Below, piece by piece: positions 56,402-64,000 of a DNA stretch of 64,000 nucleotides. Below the pieces are notes generated by a model, which saw only the letters and a list, made by a program, of their open reading frames with translations, was not told the origin of the DNA and searched no databases. Numbering within the stretch: the stretch's first letter is position 1; each line of letters opens with the position of its first letter. The DNA comes from an uncultured Acidobacteriota bacterium (GTDB lineage Bacteria; Acidobacteriota; Thermoanaerobaculia; Multivoradales; DATKCC01). Where the stretch lies: contig CAWJLS010000002.1 in assembly GCA_963843755.1 (NCBI GenBank), positions 385,279 through 449,278 of the forward strand, in the 5' to 3' direction. Both the position numbers and the translations under genes were made by a program.

Positions 56402-59400
56402 TGAGCGAAGACGAACGTCGCGACGAGTCTGCCGAGGAGACCGAACCCGCCCCGCCGGCCGATCCGGTCGAGCCGGACGACCAGGACCGGGAAGCTCCCG
56501 CGGCGCGGCGCAAGAGCGTCCGGCGCCAGGGGTGTGGCTGCCTCCTGCGGCTGCCGATCTACCTGATCGTCCTGGTGGTGCTGGCGGTGTCCGGTCTCTG
56601 GCTGTGGGGCCAGAGCCCGTCCGCCCACGACGCCGCCCGGCGGATGGTCTCCGCGCGCCTGTCGGAGTACTTCGGCCGCGACGTCCACGTGGGGCGGGTC
56701 GGCTGGACCGTCGCCCCGCTGAGCGTCGAGGTCGAGGACCTGGAGATCCCCGGCACGCCGGACGGAGCCGCCGGCGACGACGACGCGTTCGCGGTGGTGC
56801 CCTCCCTGAGCGTTCAGTTGAAGATCGAGCGGTGGGCGAGCTGGCGCCGGCCGGTGATCGACGTCGAGCGGGTGGCGATCCAGTCCCCGCGGGTCCACCT
56901 GGTGCTGCGCGAGGACGGCACCAACAACCTGCCCCGCTTCGGCCGGGGGGAGGAGAGCAGCGGTGGCCACCTCGAGGTGCGCCTCGGCGCGCTGGTGGTG
57001 GAGGACGGGCTGTTCCGGCTCAACGACCTGGACGTCCCCCTCGACCTCGACGCCCGCGGGGTCGTCGCCCGGCTGGTCGGCGAGCGCGCCGAGGACGGCG
57101 GCCTGGTGCTCGACGGCCGGGCGACCGCCCAGCAGGTCGAGGTCACCCTGCCCGACGGCAAGCCGTACCGGTTCGCGCTCTCGGCCCGGACGCGCATCGG
57201 CGCCAGCTCGGTCGAGCTCCAACAGGTCGACCTGAGCGGCCCGGACCTCGACGCCCACGTGCGCGGCGAGCTGGCGATCCCGGAGGAGGACCGCCGGCTG
57301 GATCTCTCGATCAGTGCCCGGGGCGCGGTGGCGCTCGCCGAGCACCTGGGGTACCTCGATCCGGAGATCCCGCTCTCCGGCCCGTTCAAGTTCGACGGGT
57401 CGTTCCTGTGGCGCCCGGAGGGCTGGTCGGCCGAAGGGGTGCTCGACTCGGACCGCCTGGTCTACGAGACCCGGGTGCTCACCGACGTCCAGGGCTCGCT
57501 GCGGGTGGTGCCGGACGCCCTGCGCTACAGCCTCGACCGGGCGTCCTACGCGGACGGCGTCGTCAGCGGCGTGGTGCGCGGCGAGCTGGGGGTCGATCGG
57601 CCCGACTACCAGGTCGACCTGCACCTGGAGCGCCTCGCCCTCCAGACGATCGCCCGCGACCAGGAGCTGCCCCTCGAAGGGATCCACGGCCGGGTCGGCG
57701 GCGAGGTGAGCTACCGCTTCACCACCGATGAGCCGACCGCCGGCAGCGGCTGGGCCGACCTGTCGGTCCAGGGCGGGCGAACGCCGCCCCTGATGAGCCA
57801 GGGCGGGCGAACGCCGCCCCTGATGAGCAAGACCGCGCGAACGCCGCCCCTGGCGGGTCAAGCCGCGCGAACGCCGGCCGCCGGGGGAGCCGAGGACGGT
57901 CTGACGGTCTCCGGGCAGGTCCCGATCGAGATCGACCGCGGGACGGTGCGCATCCGCGGGACGCGGCTCGCCGCCCAGGACGGTGCGCAGCTCCTGGAGC
58001 TGGACGGCTCCTACGACCTGACCGCGAGCACGGGGCGCTTCGACTACCGGCTGTCGAGCCAGGACGTGGCGCCGCTGTTCGCCCTGATCCCGCTCGACGA
58101 GGGCGGGGACGGCGCGGAGGCGAGCGGCCCGCCGGCCTGGGTGCCGTCCGCCGGTCGTGGGGAGGCCCGCGGCGTCTTCCGCCTCGGCCCGGCGGGCTTT
58201 ACGGTCCGCTCCACCTTCGACCTCACCGGCGTGGAGGCGCCCGGGCTGGTGGCGGACCGGCTCAACGGCTCGCTCCGGCTGACGCCCGACGGGCTCGACG
58301 ACCTGCGGCTCGAAGCGACGCGGCAGCAGGGCGCGCTGATGGTGCTCGGTGCGATCCCGTTCGGTGACAGCGGAGGCGGAGGCGACGCCGCTGACGCCGG
58401 GACGGGCGCCGCGAGCGGGTTTCACCTGACGATCGACGCCGCGTCCTGGCCGGGGGACGAGCGGCTGGCCGTCTGGCTGCCGTTCGAGCTGCCGCTCTCC
58501 GGTCCGGTCTCCGGTCACCTCCAACTGGCCGGCGATCCGGACGCGCTGTCCGGCAGCGCCCACCTGGAGGTCGAGCCGGCCACCGTCGGCGATCTCGAGC
58601 TGGATCTGGTCATCGCCGAGCTCCGGTTCGATCCGGAGACCGTGACGGTCGATCGGGCGGTGCTGCGCAGCGGCGGCGGCGAGCTGACCGTCGGCGGCAC
58701 GGTCGCGATCGCCGGCGGCGCCCTCGACCTCCACGCCGAGGCGCCGGACCTGGACCTGGATGCGGAGCCGTTCGCGTCGGCCCTGCCGGGCGACGTGTCG
58801 GGGCACGTGGCCCTGAGCGCCGACGCACGGGGCACGCTGGATCGGCCCGAGGTCACCGCCGTCGTCACCGGCACCGGCCTGGTCCTCGCCGGCTACGAGG
58901 TGGGAGGCGACGGCTCCGCCCGCCTGACGGTCTCCTGGCGCGACGAGACGTTGTCGGTCGAGGGGGGGATTCCGGAGGTGCTGGCGATCTCCGGCGGCGG
59001 TCCGCTGACCACCGAGCGGGCGGACCTCGAGCTCCATCTGGAGAGCGACCGCCTCGGCGACGCCGTCCGCGCCTTGGCGCCCCGGGTGCCGGACAGCTTC
59101 CAGGGCGGCTTCTCCGGCACCCTCACCGTCTCCGGCGACTTCGCTCATCCGGAGGATCTGCTCGTGCGGCTGCAGGCTCCGGAGCTGAACCTCAGCCTGG
59201 AGGGGCATTCGCTCCAGGCGGTGGAGCCGGTGGTCCTCCGCGCCACCGGCGACGGCATCGCGGTCGACTCCCTGTTCGTCCGGGAGGAGGACGGCTCGAG
59301 CGAGCTGTTCGTCCAGGGCTCGGTCAGCTTCGACGGGGAGATGCCGATCGACCTGCGGACCCAGGGGTCGATCTCCACCGCCTGGGTCAAGCTCCTCCTT

Positions 59401-60624
59401 CCGGACCTCGACGTCGAAGGCACCTTCGACCTGCTGGCCACCGTCGGCGGGACGCTCTCCGCGCCGCGGATCAACGGCCAGGGCGAGCTGCGCGACGGCG
59501 AGGTCATCGTCCCCGACTTTCCCCAGGCGTTCGAGAACCTGGACGCGGTGGTGCTGTTCTACCCGGACCAGATCGTCCTCGACCGCTTCCAGGGCGACGT
59601 CGGCGGCGGCTCGGTCCGGGCCTCCGGCCGGCTGTCGCTGTACGGCGATCAGGGTCCGGACTACCGCTTCCAGGCGTCGGCCCAGAACGTCACCCTGCGC
59701 TTCCCGGAGGGCATCTGGTTCCGTTCCGACGCCGCCCTCAACCTGCAGTCGACGCCGGACGGCCGCCTGGTCCGGGGGACGGTCACCCTCGACCGGGCGT
59801 TCTACGTCCAGGACATCGAGACCAGCCTGCTGCAGATCTTGAGCCGCGCCCTGCGTAGCGAGCGTCTGCAGGTGGCCGACATCGACGAGGTCTCCGCCTC
59901 CACCCAGCTCAGCCTGTCGGTCCAGGCGCCGGGGACGCTGCGGGTGCGAAACAACCTGGCCGACCTGCGCGGCTCGGCCGACCTGACGGTCCGTGGGACG
60001 GCGGCCCGGCCGGTGGTATTCGGCACGATCGAGTTCGACCCGGGCGGCACGCTGGTCTACCAGGACACCCGGTTCGAGGTCGAGCGTGCCCGCCTGACCT
60101 TCGCCAACCCGGCGCGGATCGAGCCGGTGATCGACCTGGTGGCGAGCGCCGAGATCCGCGAGTACGACGTCAGCCTCGACCTCTCCGGCAAGGTGGACAA
60201 TCTCCAGGTGCACGTCGCCTCCGATCCGCCGCTCTCGGACCTGGACGTGCTCTCGCTCCTGGCGACCGGCCAGGCGCCGGCCCGCTCCGGCCTCGGGACG
60301 ACCCGGGAAGCCGACCAGGGGTTCAGCGCCGGCGGCTTCCTCGCCGGCCAGGCGGCGTCGGCGGTGACCGAGCGGGTCGGCACCCTGTTCGGTTTCGACC
60401 GCTTCCGCATCACCCCGCCGGAAGGCGGTGCCGGCGGCGCCGGCGTGACGGTCGGCAAGCGCCTGTCGAAGGACGTGGTGGTGACCTACACCGAGCGGTC
60501 GGCCACCGCCGAGGAGAGCCTGCTGCGGGTCGAGTGGCAGGTCGACCAGCACCTCACCCTGGTGTTCAGCTCGAGCGACAAGAACGCCTTCCGCGTGGAT
60601 GCCCGATGGGACAAGCGATTCTGA
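56401..60624 (+). CDS. tamB: translocation and assembly module protein TamB-like (DUF490 C-terminus)
   Basis: ATG 56401 overlaps the nadK stop by 1 nt, in frame with ORF 55459..60624 (1407 aa). N-terminal anchor LPIYLIVLVVLAVSGLWLW, a long beta-rich body, and C-terminal GKRLSKDVVVTYTERSA...LLRVEWQVDQHLTLVFSSSDKNAFRVDARWDKRF. Confidence 0.85.
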   Translation: MSEDERRDESAEETEPAPPADPVEPDDQDREAPAARRKSVRRQGCGCLLRLPIYLIVLVVLAVSGLWLWGQSPSAHDAARRMVSARLSEYFGRDVHVGRVGWTVAPLSVEVEDLEIPGTPDGAAGDDDAFAVVPSLSVQLKIERWASWRRPVIDVERVAIQSPRVHLVLREDGTNNLPRFGRGEESSGGHLEVRLGALVVEDGLFRLNDLDVPLDLDARGVVARLVGERAEDGGLVLDGRATAQQVEVTLPDGKPYRFALSARTRIGASSVELQQVDLSGPDLDAHVRGELAIPEEDRRLDLSISARGAVALAEHLGYLDPEIPLSGPFKFDGSFLWRPEGWSAEGVLDSDRLVYETRVLTDVQGSLRVVPDALRYSLDRASYADGVVSGVVRGELGVDRPDYQVDLHLERLALQTIARDQELPLEGIHGRVGGEVSYRFTTDEPTAGSGWADLSVQGGRTPPLMSQGGRTPPLMSKTARTPPLAGQAARTPAAGGAEDGLTVSGQVPIEIDRGTVRIRGTRLAAQDGAQLLELDGSYDLTASTGRFDYRLSSQDVAPLFALIPLDEGGDGAEASGPPAWVPSAGRGEARGVFRLGPAGFTVRSTFDLTGVEAPGLVADRLNGSLRLTPDGLDDLRLEATRQQGALMVLGAIPFGDSGGGGDAADAGTGAASGFHLTIDAASWPGDERLAVWLPFELPLSGPVSGHLQLAGDPDALSGSAHLEVEPATVGDLELDLVIAELRFDPETVTVDRAVLRSGGGELTVGGTVAIAGGALDLHAEAPDLDLDAEPFASALPGDVSGHVALSADARGTLDRPEVTAVVTGTGLVLAGYEVGGDGSARLTVSWRDETLSVEGGIPEVLAISGGGPLTTERADLELHLESDRLGDAVRALAPRVPDSFQGGFSGTLTVSGDFAHPEDLLVRLQAPELNLSLEGHSLQAVEPVVLRATGDGIAVDSLFVREEDGSSELFVQGSVSFDGEMPIDLRTQGSISTAWVKLLLPDLDVEGTFDLLATVGGTLSAPRINGQGELRDGEVIVPDFPQAFENLDAVVLFYPDQIVLDRFQGDVGGGSVRASGRLSLYGDQGPDYRFQASAQNVTLRFPEGIWFRSDAALNLQSTPDGRLVRGTVTLDRAFYVQDIETSLLQILSRALRSERLQVADIDEVSASTQLSLSVQAPGTLRVRNNLADLRGSADLTVRGTAARPVVFGTIEFDPGGTLVYQDTRFEVERARLTFANPARIEPVIDLVASAEIREYDVSLDLSGKVDNLQVHVASDPPLSDLDVLSLLATGQAPARSGLGTTREADQGFSAGGFLAGQAASAVTERVGTLFGFDRFRITPPEGGAGGAGVTVGKRLSKDVVVTYTERSATAEESLLRVEWQVDQHLTLVFSSSDKNAFRVDARWDKRF
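57769..57888. repeat. 30-bp tandem repeat x4 inside tamB
   Basis: Units 57769-57798 and 57799-57828 are identical (cagggcgggcgaacgccgcccctgatgagc). Units 57829-57858 and 57859-57888 are diverged. Encodes QGGRTPPLMS-QGGRTPPLMS-KTARTPPLAG-QAARTPAAGG. Confidence 0.9.
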
Positions 60625-63600
60625 TCCCGGCGGTGGACCGCGGCCTCGCGTCGAGGCCGGGCGCCCCGGTGGGCGCGCTCGGAGCCCCTCGCCTGCTCAG
60701 CGTGCCGACCCTGCTCGTCCTGCTTTTCGTGCTCTTGCTGGGCGGCGGGCCGGATCCGGCCCGGGCCCAGTCGCCGTCCGATCAGCCGCCGCCCGATCAG
60801 TCCGGCCGGACGGGGCTCCCACCGTCGTCCGCGGAGCCCGCCGCCGACGAGGAGACCCTCCCCACCGAGACGGTCACGTCGCCGCCGGAGCTGGCGGCGG
60901 TCGACCAGCCGGAGGAGGTGCCGCTACGCGAGGGCTCGCTGGAGGGCTCCGACGGGCCGCCGGTGGCGCGGATCGAGGTGCGGAGCGACGCACCGGTCGA
61001 CGACACCGACGAGCTGCGCGACCTGATCACCGTCACGGTGGGCGAGCGCCTGACCGAGGGCGACGTCCGCCAGACCCTGCGGAACCTCCAGGCGACCGGC
61101 GCCGCCTACGAGGTGGAGCTCTACACCCGGCCGGCGGCCGCCCAGGAGCTCGCTTCGCCGACGAGCCCACAGGGTGGAGCGCCGGGTGACGGACAGACGG
61201 CGGGACAGACGGCGGGACAGGCGGCGGGGGAGGAGGCCGAACCGGGCAGCGCGGAGGCCGGCGCGGGCGGTGCCCCGGCCGTTGCGGGTGCAGAAGGCGC
61301 GCCGGTGGTCGTGGTCATCGCGATCCGGGCCGCCGTACGGGTCGAGTCGGTACGGATCGAGGGCGAGCTGGGGATCGACCGGCGGACCCTGGAGGGGCGG
61401 CTGCTGGTCTCCAGGGGGCAGCCGCTGATCGAGAGCCGGGTCCTGCGCAGCGTCTACCAGCTCCAGGAGCTGTACGAGAACCGCGGCTATTTCGACGCCA
61501 CCGTCCGCCTGTCGGTCGACACCGACGACGCCCGCAAGCTGGCCGCGATCACCTTCCGGGTCGACGCCGGCCAGCGGTCGGACATCGGCAAGATCCGGTT
61601 CGACGGCGATCTCGGGTCGTTCACCGACGCCCAGCTCGCCGAGCACCTGCGCCTCGATCCGGGCGACCCGTATCGCCGCGAGACCGTCCGCGACGCCGCC
61701 GACCACCTCCAGCAGTGGCTGGTGGAGCAGAAGTATCGCAAGGCCGAGGTCGATACGCCGCGAGTCGCGGTCGAGGAGCCGGCGGAGGGGGCGGATCAGG
61801 CCCAGGGCCAGGACCAGGTGCGGGAGGGCAAGCCGGCCGGGGCGGCGAGCGGCGGCGGGCGCCGGGCGGTCGACCTGGTCTATCCGGTGCGGGTCGGACC
61901 GCTGGTCGAGGTGGAGATCGTCGGCGCCGACCGCAAAGAGCTGCGCAAGAAGGACCTGCTGCCGTTCCTCTCCGACGAGGGGTACGACGAGGCGCTGGTC
62001 CTCCAGGCGGTCGACCGGGTCCGCCGCTACTTCCAGGAGCAGGGCCACTGGAAGGTCGACGTGACCTGGGACGAGAAGCGCGAGGACGGCGCCATCCGGC
62101 TGGTCTTCACCATCGACCCCGGGCCGGCCTACACGCTCCAGGAGGTGCGGTTCGACGGCAACGAGCAGGTCTCCGACGGCAAGCTGTTCGAGCTGATGGA
62201 GACCGCGCCCAAGCGCCTGCTGACCCTCGGCAGCGGTCGCCTGGTCACCTCGACCCTGGACGAAGACCTCCAGAACATCCGCTCGTACTACGCCCTCCAG
62301 GGGTACGTCGGCTCCAAGATCGGGCCGGCCGAGCCGCGCGTCGACGGCCGGGACATCACCCTGGTCATCCCGATCGAGGAGGGCCATCGCCGGCAGGTGG
62401 TCGATCTCGACATCGAGGGCATGGAGCACCTCGACGAGGCCGACGTACGCCGGAAGATCCCCCTGGCCTCGGGCGGCCCGTTCCACCCGCTGCTGCTCGA
62501 GGACACCCTGGGGATCATTCGCGGCCTCTACGAGGAGAAGGGCTTCCCCGACGCCCAGGTCTCCTCGAAGGAGGACTGGAACAGCGCCGGCGATCTGGTC
62601 GACGTCACGGTCCAGGTGATCGAAGGCCCGCGCACCGTCGTCGACCGGGTGATCCTGCGCGGCAACTACCGCACCGCCGACGCGGTGATCGAGCGGGCCG
62701 TCGACCTCGCGCCGGGCGATCCGGTCAGCCGGTCGAGCCTGCTCGAGGTGGAGCGTCGCCTCTACAGCCTCGGCCTGTTCTCGCGGGTGCAGGTCGACCT
62801 CGGGCCGGCGGACCTCTCCGAGCGCACCCGGGACGTCATCGTGCGGGTCGAGGAAGGGCACACCCACCGGGTCAGCTACGGTCTCGGCTACGGCACCGAC
62901 GACGGCTTCGCCGGGCTGTTCGGCTACACCCACCGCAACCTCTGGGGGCGCGCGGTGACCCTCCAGACCGACCTGCGCTACGGCCAGAAGCAGCGCCTGG
63001 CGCGCATCGTCTTCGACCAGCCGAACGTCACCCGGTGGAACCTGCCGTTCCTCTACACCGTCGCCCTCCAGTCGGAGGAGCGGCCGAGCTACCAGGTGGA
63101 CCGGGCGGTCAGCCAGGTGGAGGCGGTCTACCAGAAGGGGAGCTGGCGCTACGGCCTGGCGTTCGACTACCGGATCGTCAACTCGACCCTGGACTCCTCG
63201 GTGGTCGACCTCGAAGGGCTCGATCCGCTCGAGCGCCGAGACCAGGACGTGCGGATCTCGAGCGTCATCCCGAACCTCTTCGTCGACCGCCGCGACGATC
63301 CCCTGGAGCCCACCAACGGCTGGACGGCGAACCTGCGCTTCCAGTACGCGTTCCCCCTGGGCAGCTACACCGACGCCCACTTCATCAAGACCTTCGTCCA
63401 GGGCACCCGCTACTTCCACCTCGCCTTCGGCCACGTGGCCGGAAGCGTGCGCCTCGGCTTCATCGAGCCGCTGGCCGACGCCACCAAGGACCCGACCCTG
63501 CCCGCCGGGACCCCGGCCTCGCCCGAGCCGGAGAACCTCAAGATCCCGATCGACGAGCGCCTGTTCGCCGGCGGCGACTACTCCCACCGGGCGTACGGCA

Positions 63601-63923
63601 AGGACGCCCTCGGCATCCCGGACCAGACCCTGTTCGCCGACGGCGAGGGGCGCGGCGGCAACGGCCTGGCGCTGATCAACCTGGACTACCGCTTCCCGAT
63701 CTGGGGCGCCCTCGCCGGGGTCGTGTTCTACGACGCCGGCAACGTCTGGCCCGACTGGCAACAGATCGACCCGCGGGAGCTCAAGAGCGGCATCGGCGTG
63801 GCGCTGCGCTACATCACGCCGATCGGCCCGCTGCGCGCCGGCGTCGCCTACAAGCTCGATCCCGAGCCGGGGCTCGACGAAAGCGACTGGCGCTTCTTCG
63901 TCGCCGTCGGCAACCCGTTCTAG
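60606..63923 (+). CDS. Omp85-family outer membrane protein assembly factor (BamA/TamA-like) with POTRA repeats
   Basis: In ORF 60534..63923. ATG 60606 overlaps the tamB end by 19 nt. Signal LLSVPTLLVLLFVLLLGG. A ~110-aa Pro/Glu-rich low-complexity segment, several POTRA-like units (e.g. VRFDGNEQVSDGKL, VILRGNYRTADAVI). Barrel ends ...GIGVALRYITPIGPLRAGVAYKL...WRFFVAVGNPF. Confidence 0.85.
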   Translation: MGQAILIPAVDRGLASRPGAPVGALGAPRLLSVPTLLVLLFVLLLGGGPDPARAQSPSDQPPPDQSGRTGLPPSSAEPAADEETLPTETVTSPPELAAVDQPEEVPLREGSLEGSDGPPVARIEVRSDAPVDDTDELRDLITVTVGERLTEGDVRQTLRNLQATGAAYEVELYTRPAAAQELASPTSPQGGAPGDGQTAGQTAGQAAGEEAEPGSAEAGAGGAPAVAGAEGAPVVVVIAIRAAVRVESVRIEGELGIDRRTLEGRLLVSRGQPLIESRVLRSVYQLQELYENRGYFDATVRLSVDTDDARKLAAITFRVDAGQRSDIGKIRFDGDLGSFTDAQLAEHLRLDPGDPYRRETVRDAADHLQQWLVEQKYRKAEVDTPRVAVEEPAEGADQAQGQDQVREGKPAGAASGGGRRAVDLVYPVRVGPLVEVEIVGADRKELRKKDLLPFLSDEGYDEALVLQAVDRVRRYFQEQGHWKVDVTWDEKREDGAIRLVFTIDPGPAYTLQEVRFDGNEQVSDGKLFELMETAPKRLLTLGSGRLVTSTLDEDLQNIRSYYALQGYVGSKIGPAEPRVDGRDITLVIPIEEGHRRQVVDLDIEGMEHLDEADVRRKIPLASGGPFHPLLLEDTLGIIRGLYEEKGFPDAQVSSKEDWNSAGDLVDVTVQVIEGPRTVVDRVILRGNYRTADAVIERAVDLAPGDPVSRSSLLEVERRLYSLGLFSRVQVDLGPADLSERTRDVIVRVEEGHTHRVSYGLGYGTDDGFAGLFGYTHRNLWGRAVTLQTDLRYGQKQRLARIVFDQPNVTRWNLPFLYTVALQSEERPSYQVDRAVSQVEAVYQKGSWRYGLAFDYRIVNSTLDSSVVDLEGLDPLERRDQDVRISSVIPNLFVDRRDDPLEPTNGWTANLRFQYAFPLGSYTDAHFIKTFVQGTRYFHLAFGHVAGSVRLGFIEPLADATKDPTLPAGTPASPEPENLKIPIDERLFAGGDYSHRAYGKDALGIPDQTLFADGEGRGGNGLALINLDYRFPIWGALAGVVFYDAGNVWPDWQQIDPRELKSGIGVALRYITPIGPLRAGVAYKLDPEPGLDESDWRFFVAVGNPF
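61191..61226. repeat. 12-bp tandem repeat x3 (ggacagacggcg)
   Basis: 61191-61202, 61203-61214 and 61215-61226 (one mismatch). Encodes GQTAGQTAGQAA in a low-complexity insert of the Omp85 protein. Confidence 0.9.
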
Positions 63924-64000
63924 TCGCCTCGCGGTCCGTTTCCGGTGCGCGCTCGGGGTGGGCTTGCGTCCTGTCGAGTTCTGTTACCATCGACGTAACG

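Noticed and set aside
57769-57888. A CRISPR array, considered for each tandem-repeat locus (also 34786-34852 and 52072-52125).
   Set aside because: The units are directly adjacent with no unique spacers. They are 9-30 bp long, lie inside ORFs and preserve the reading frame. No cas genes are present.

Overview
High-GC bacterial chromosome segment (roughly two-thirds G+C by eye, not computed). It looks most like an Acidobacteriota-type genome, because it has Oar-like TonB-dependent receptors, TIGR03436-type VWA proteins and CRTAC1/ASPIC proteins; this is inference only. The flanks are housekeeping. At 1-7.6 kb lie two tRNA-Val genes, thrS, rpmI, rplT, pheS, pheT and a fadD-like ligase. At 45.8-64 kb lie zapA, a candidate structured ncRNA, rny/ymdB, an ArnT/ArnC/PagL-like envelope cluster, a trm112-like gene, tlyA, nadK, tamB and a BamA/TamA-type Omp85. 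The central ~38 kb (7.7-45.6 kb) is an accessory block made almost entirely of exported proteins. It holds four alkaline-phosphatase-superfamily 'sulfatase-like'-TPR lipoproteins, four CRTAC1-type FG-GAP/ASPIC proteins, two CarboxypepD_reg/TPR proteins and two stand-alone TPR proteins. It also holds an Oar-like TonB-dependent receptor, a GT2+GT39 pair, a SAM methyltransferase, a deiminase-like protein, a transglutaminase-TPR lipoprotein and two VWA proteins. The block reads as two convergent copies of one gene cassette, which is my best candidate for an undescribed envelope system. About 28 apparent frameshifts are confined to ten of these genes. Eight of the ten have a same-family paralogue elsewhere in the window that is intact. 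I recognised no CRISPR array, rRNA, transposase or integrase. All calls come from reading the sequence and the ORF track. Domain names are motif recognition by eye; no database search or folding program was run.
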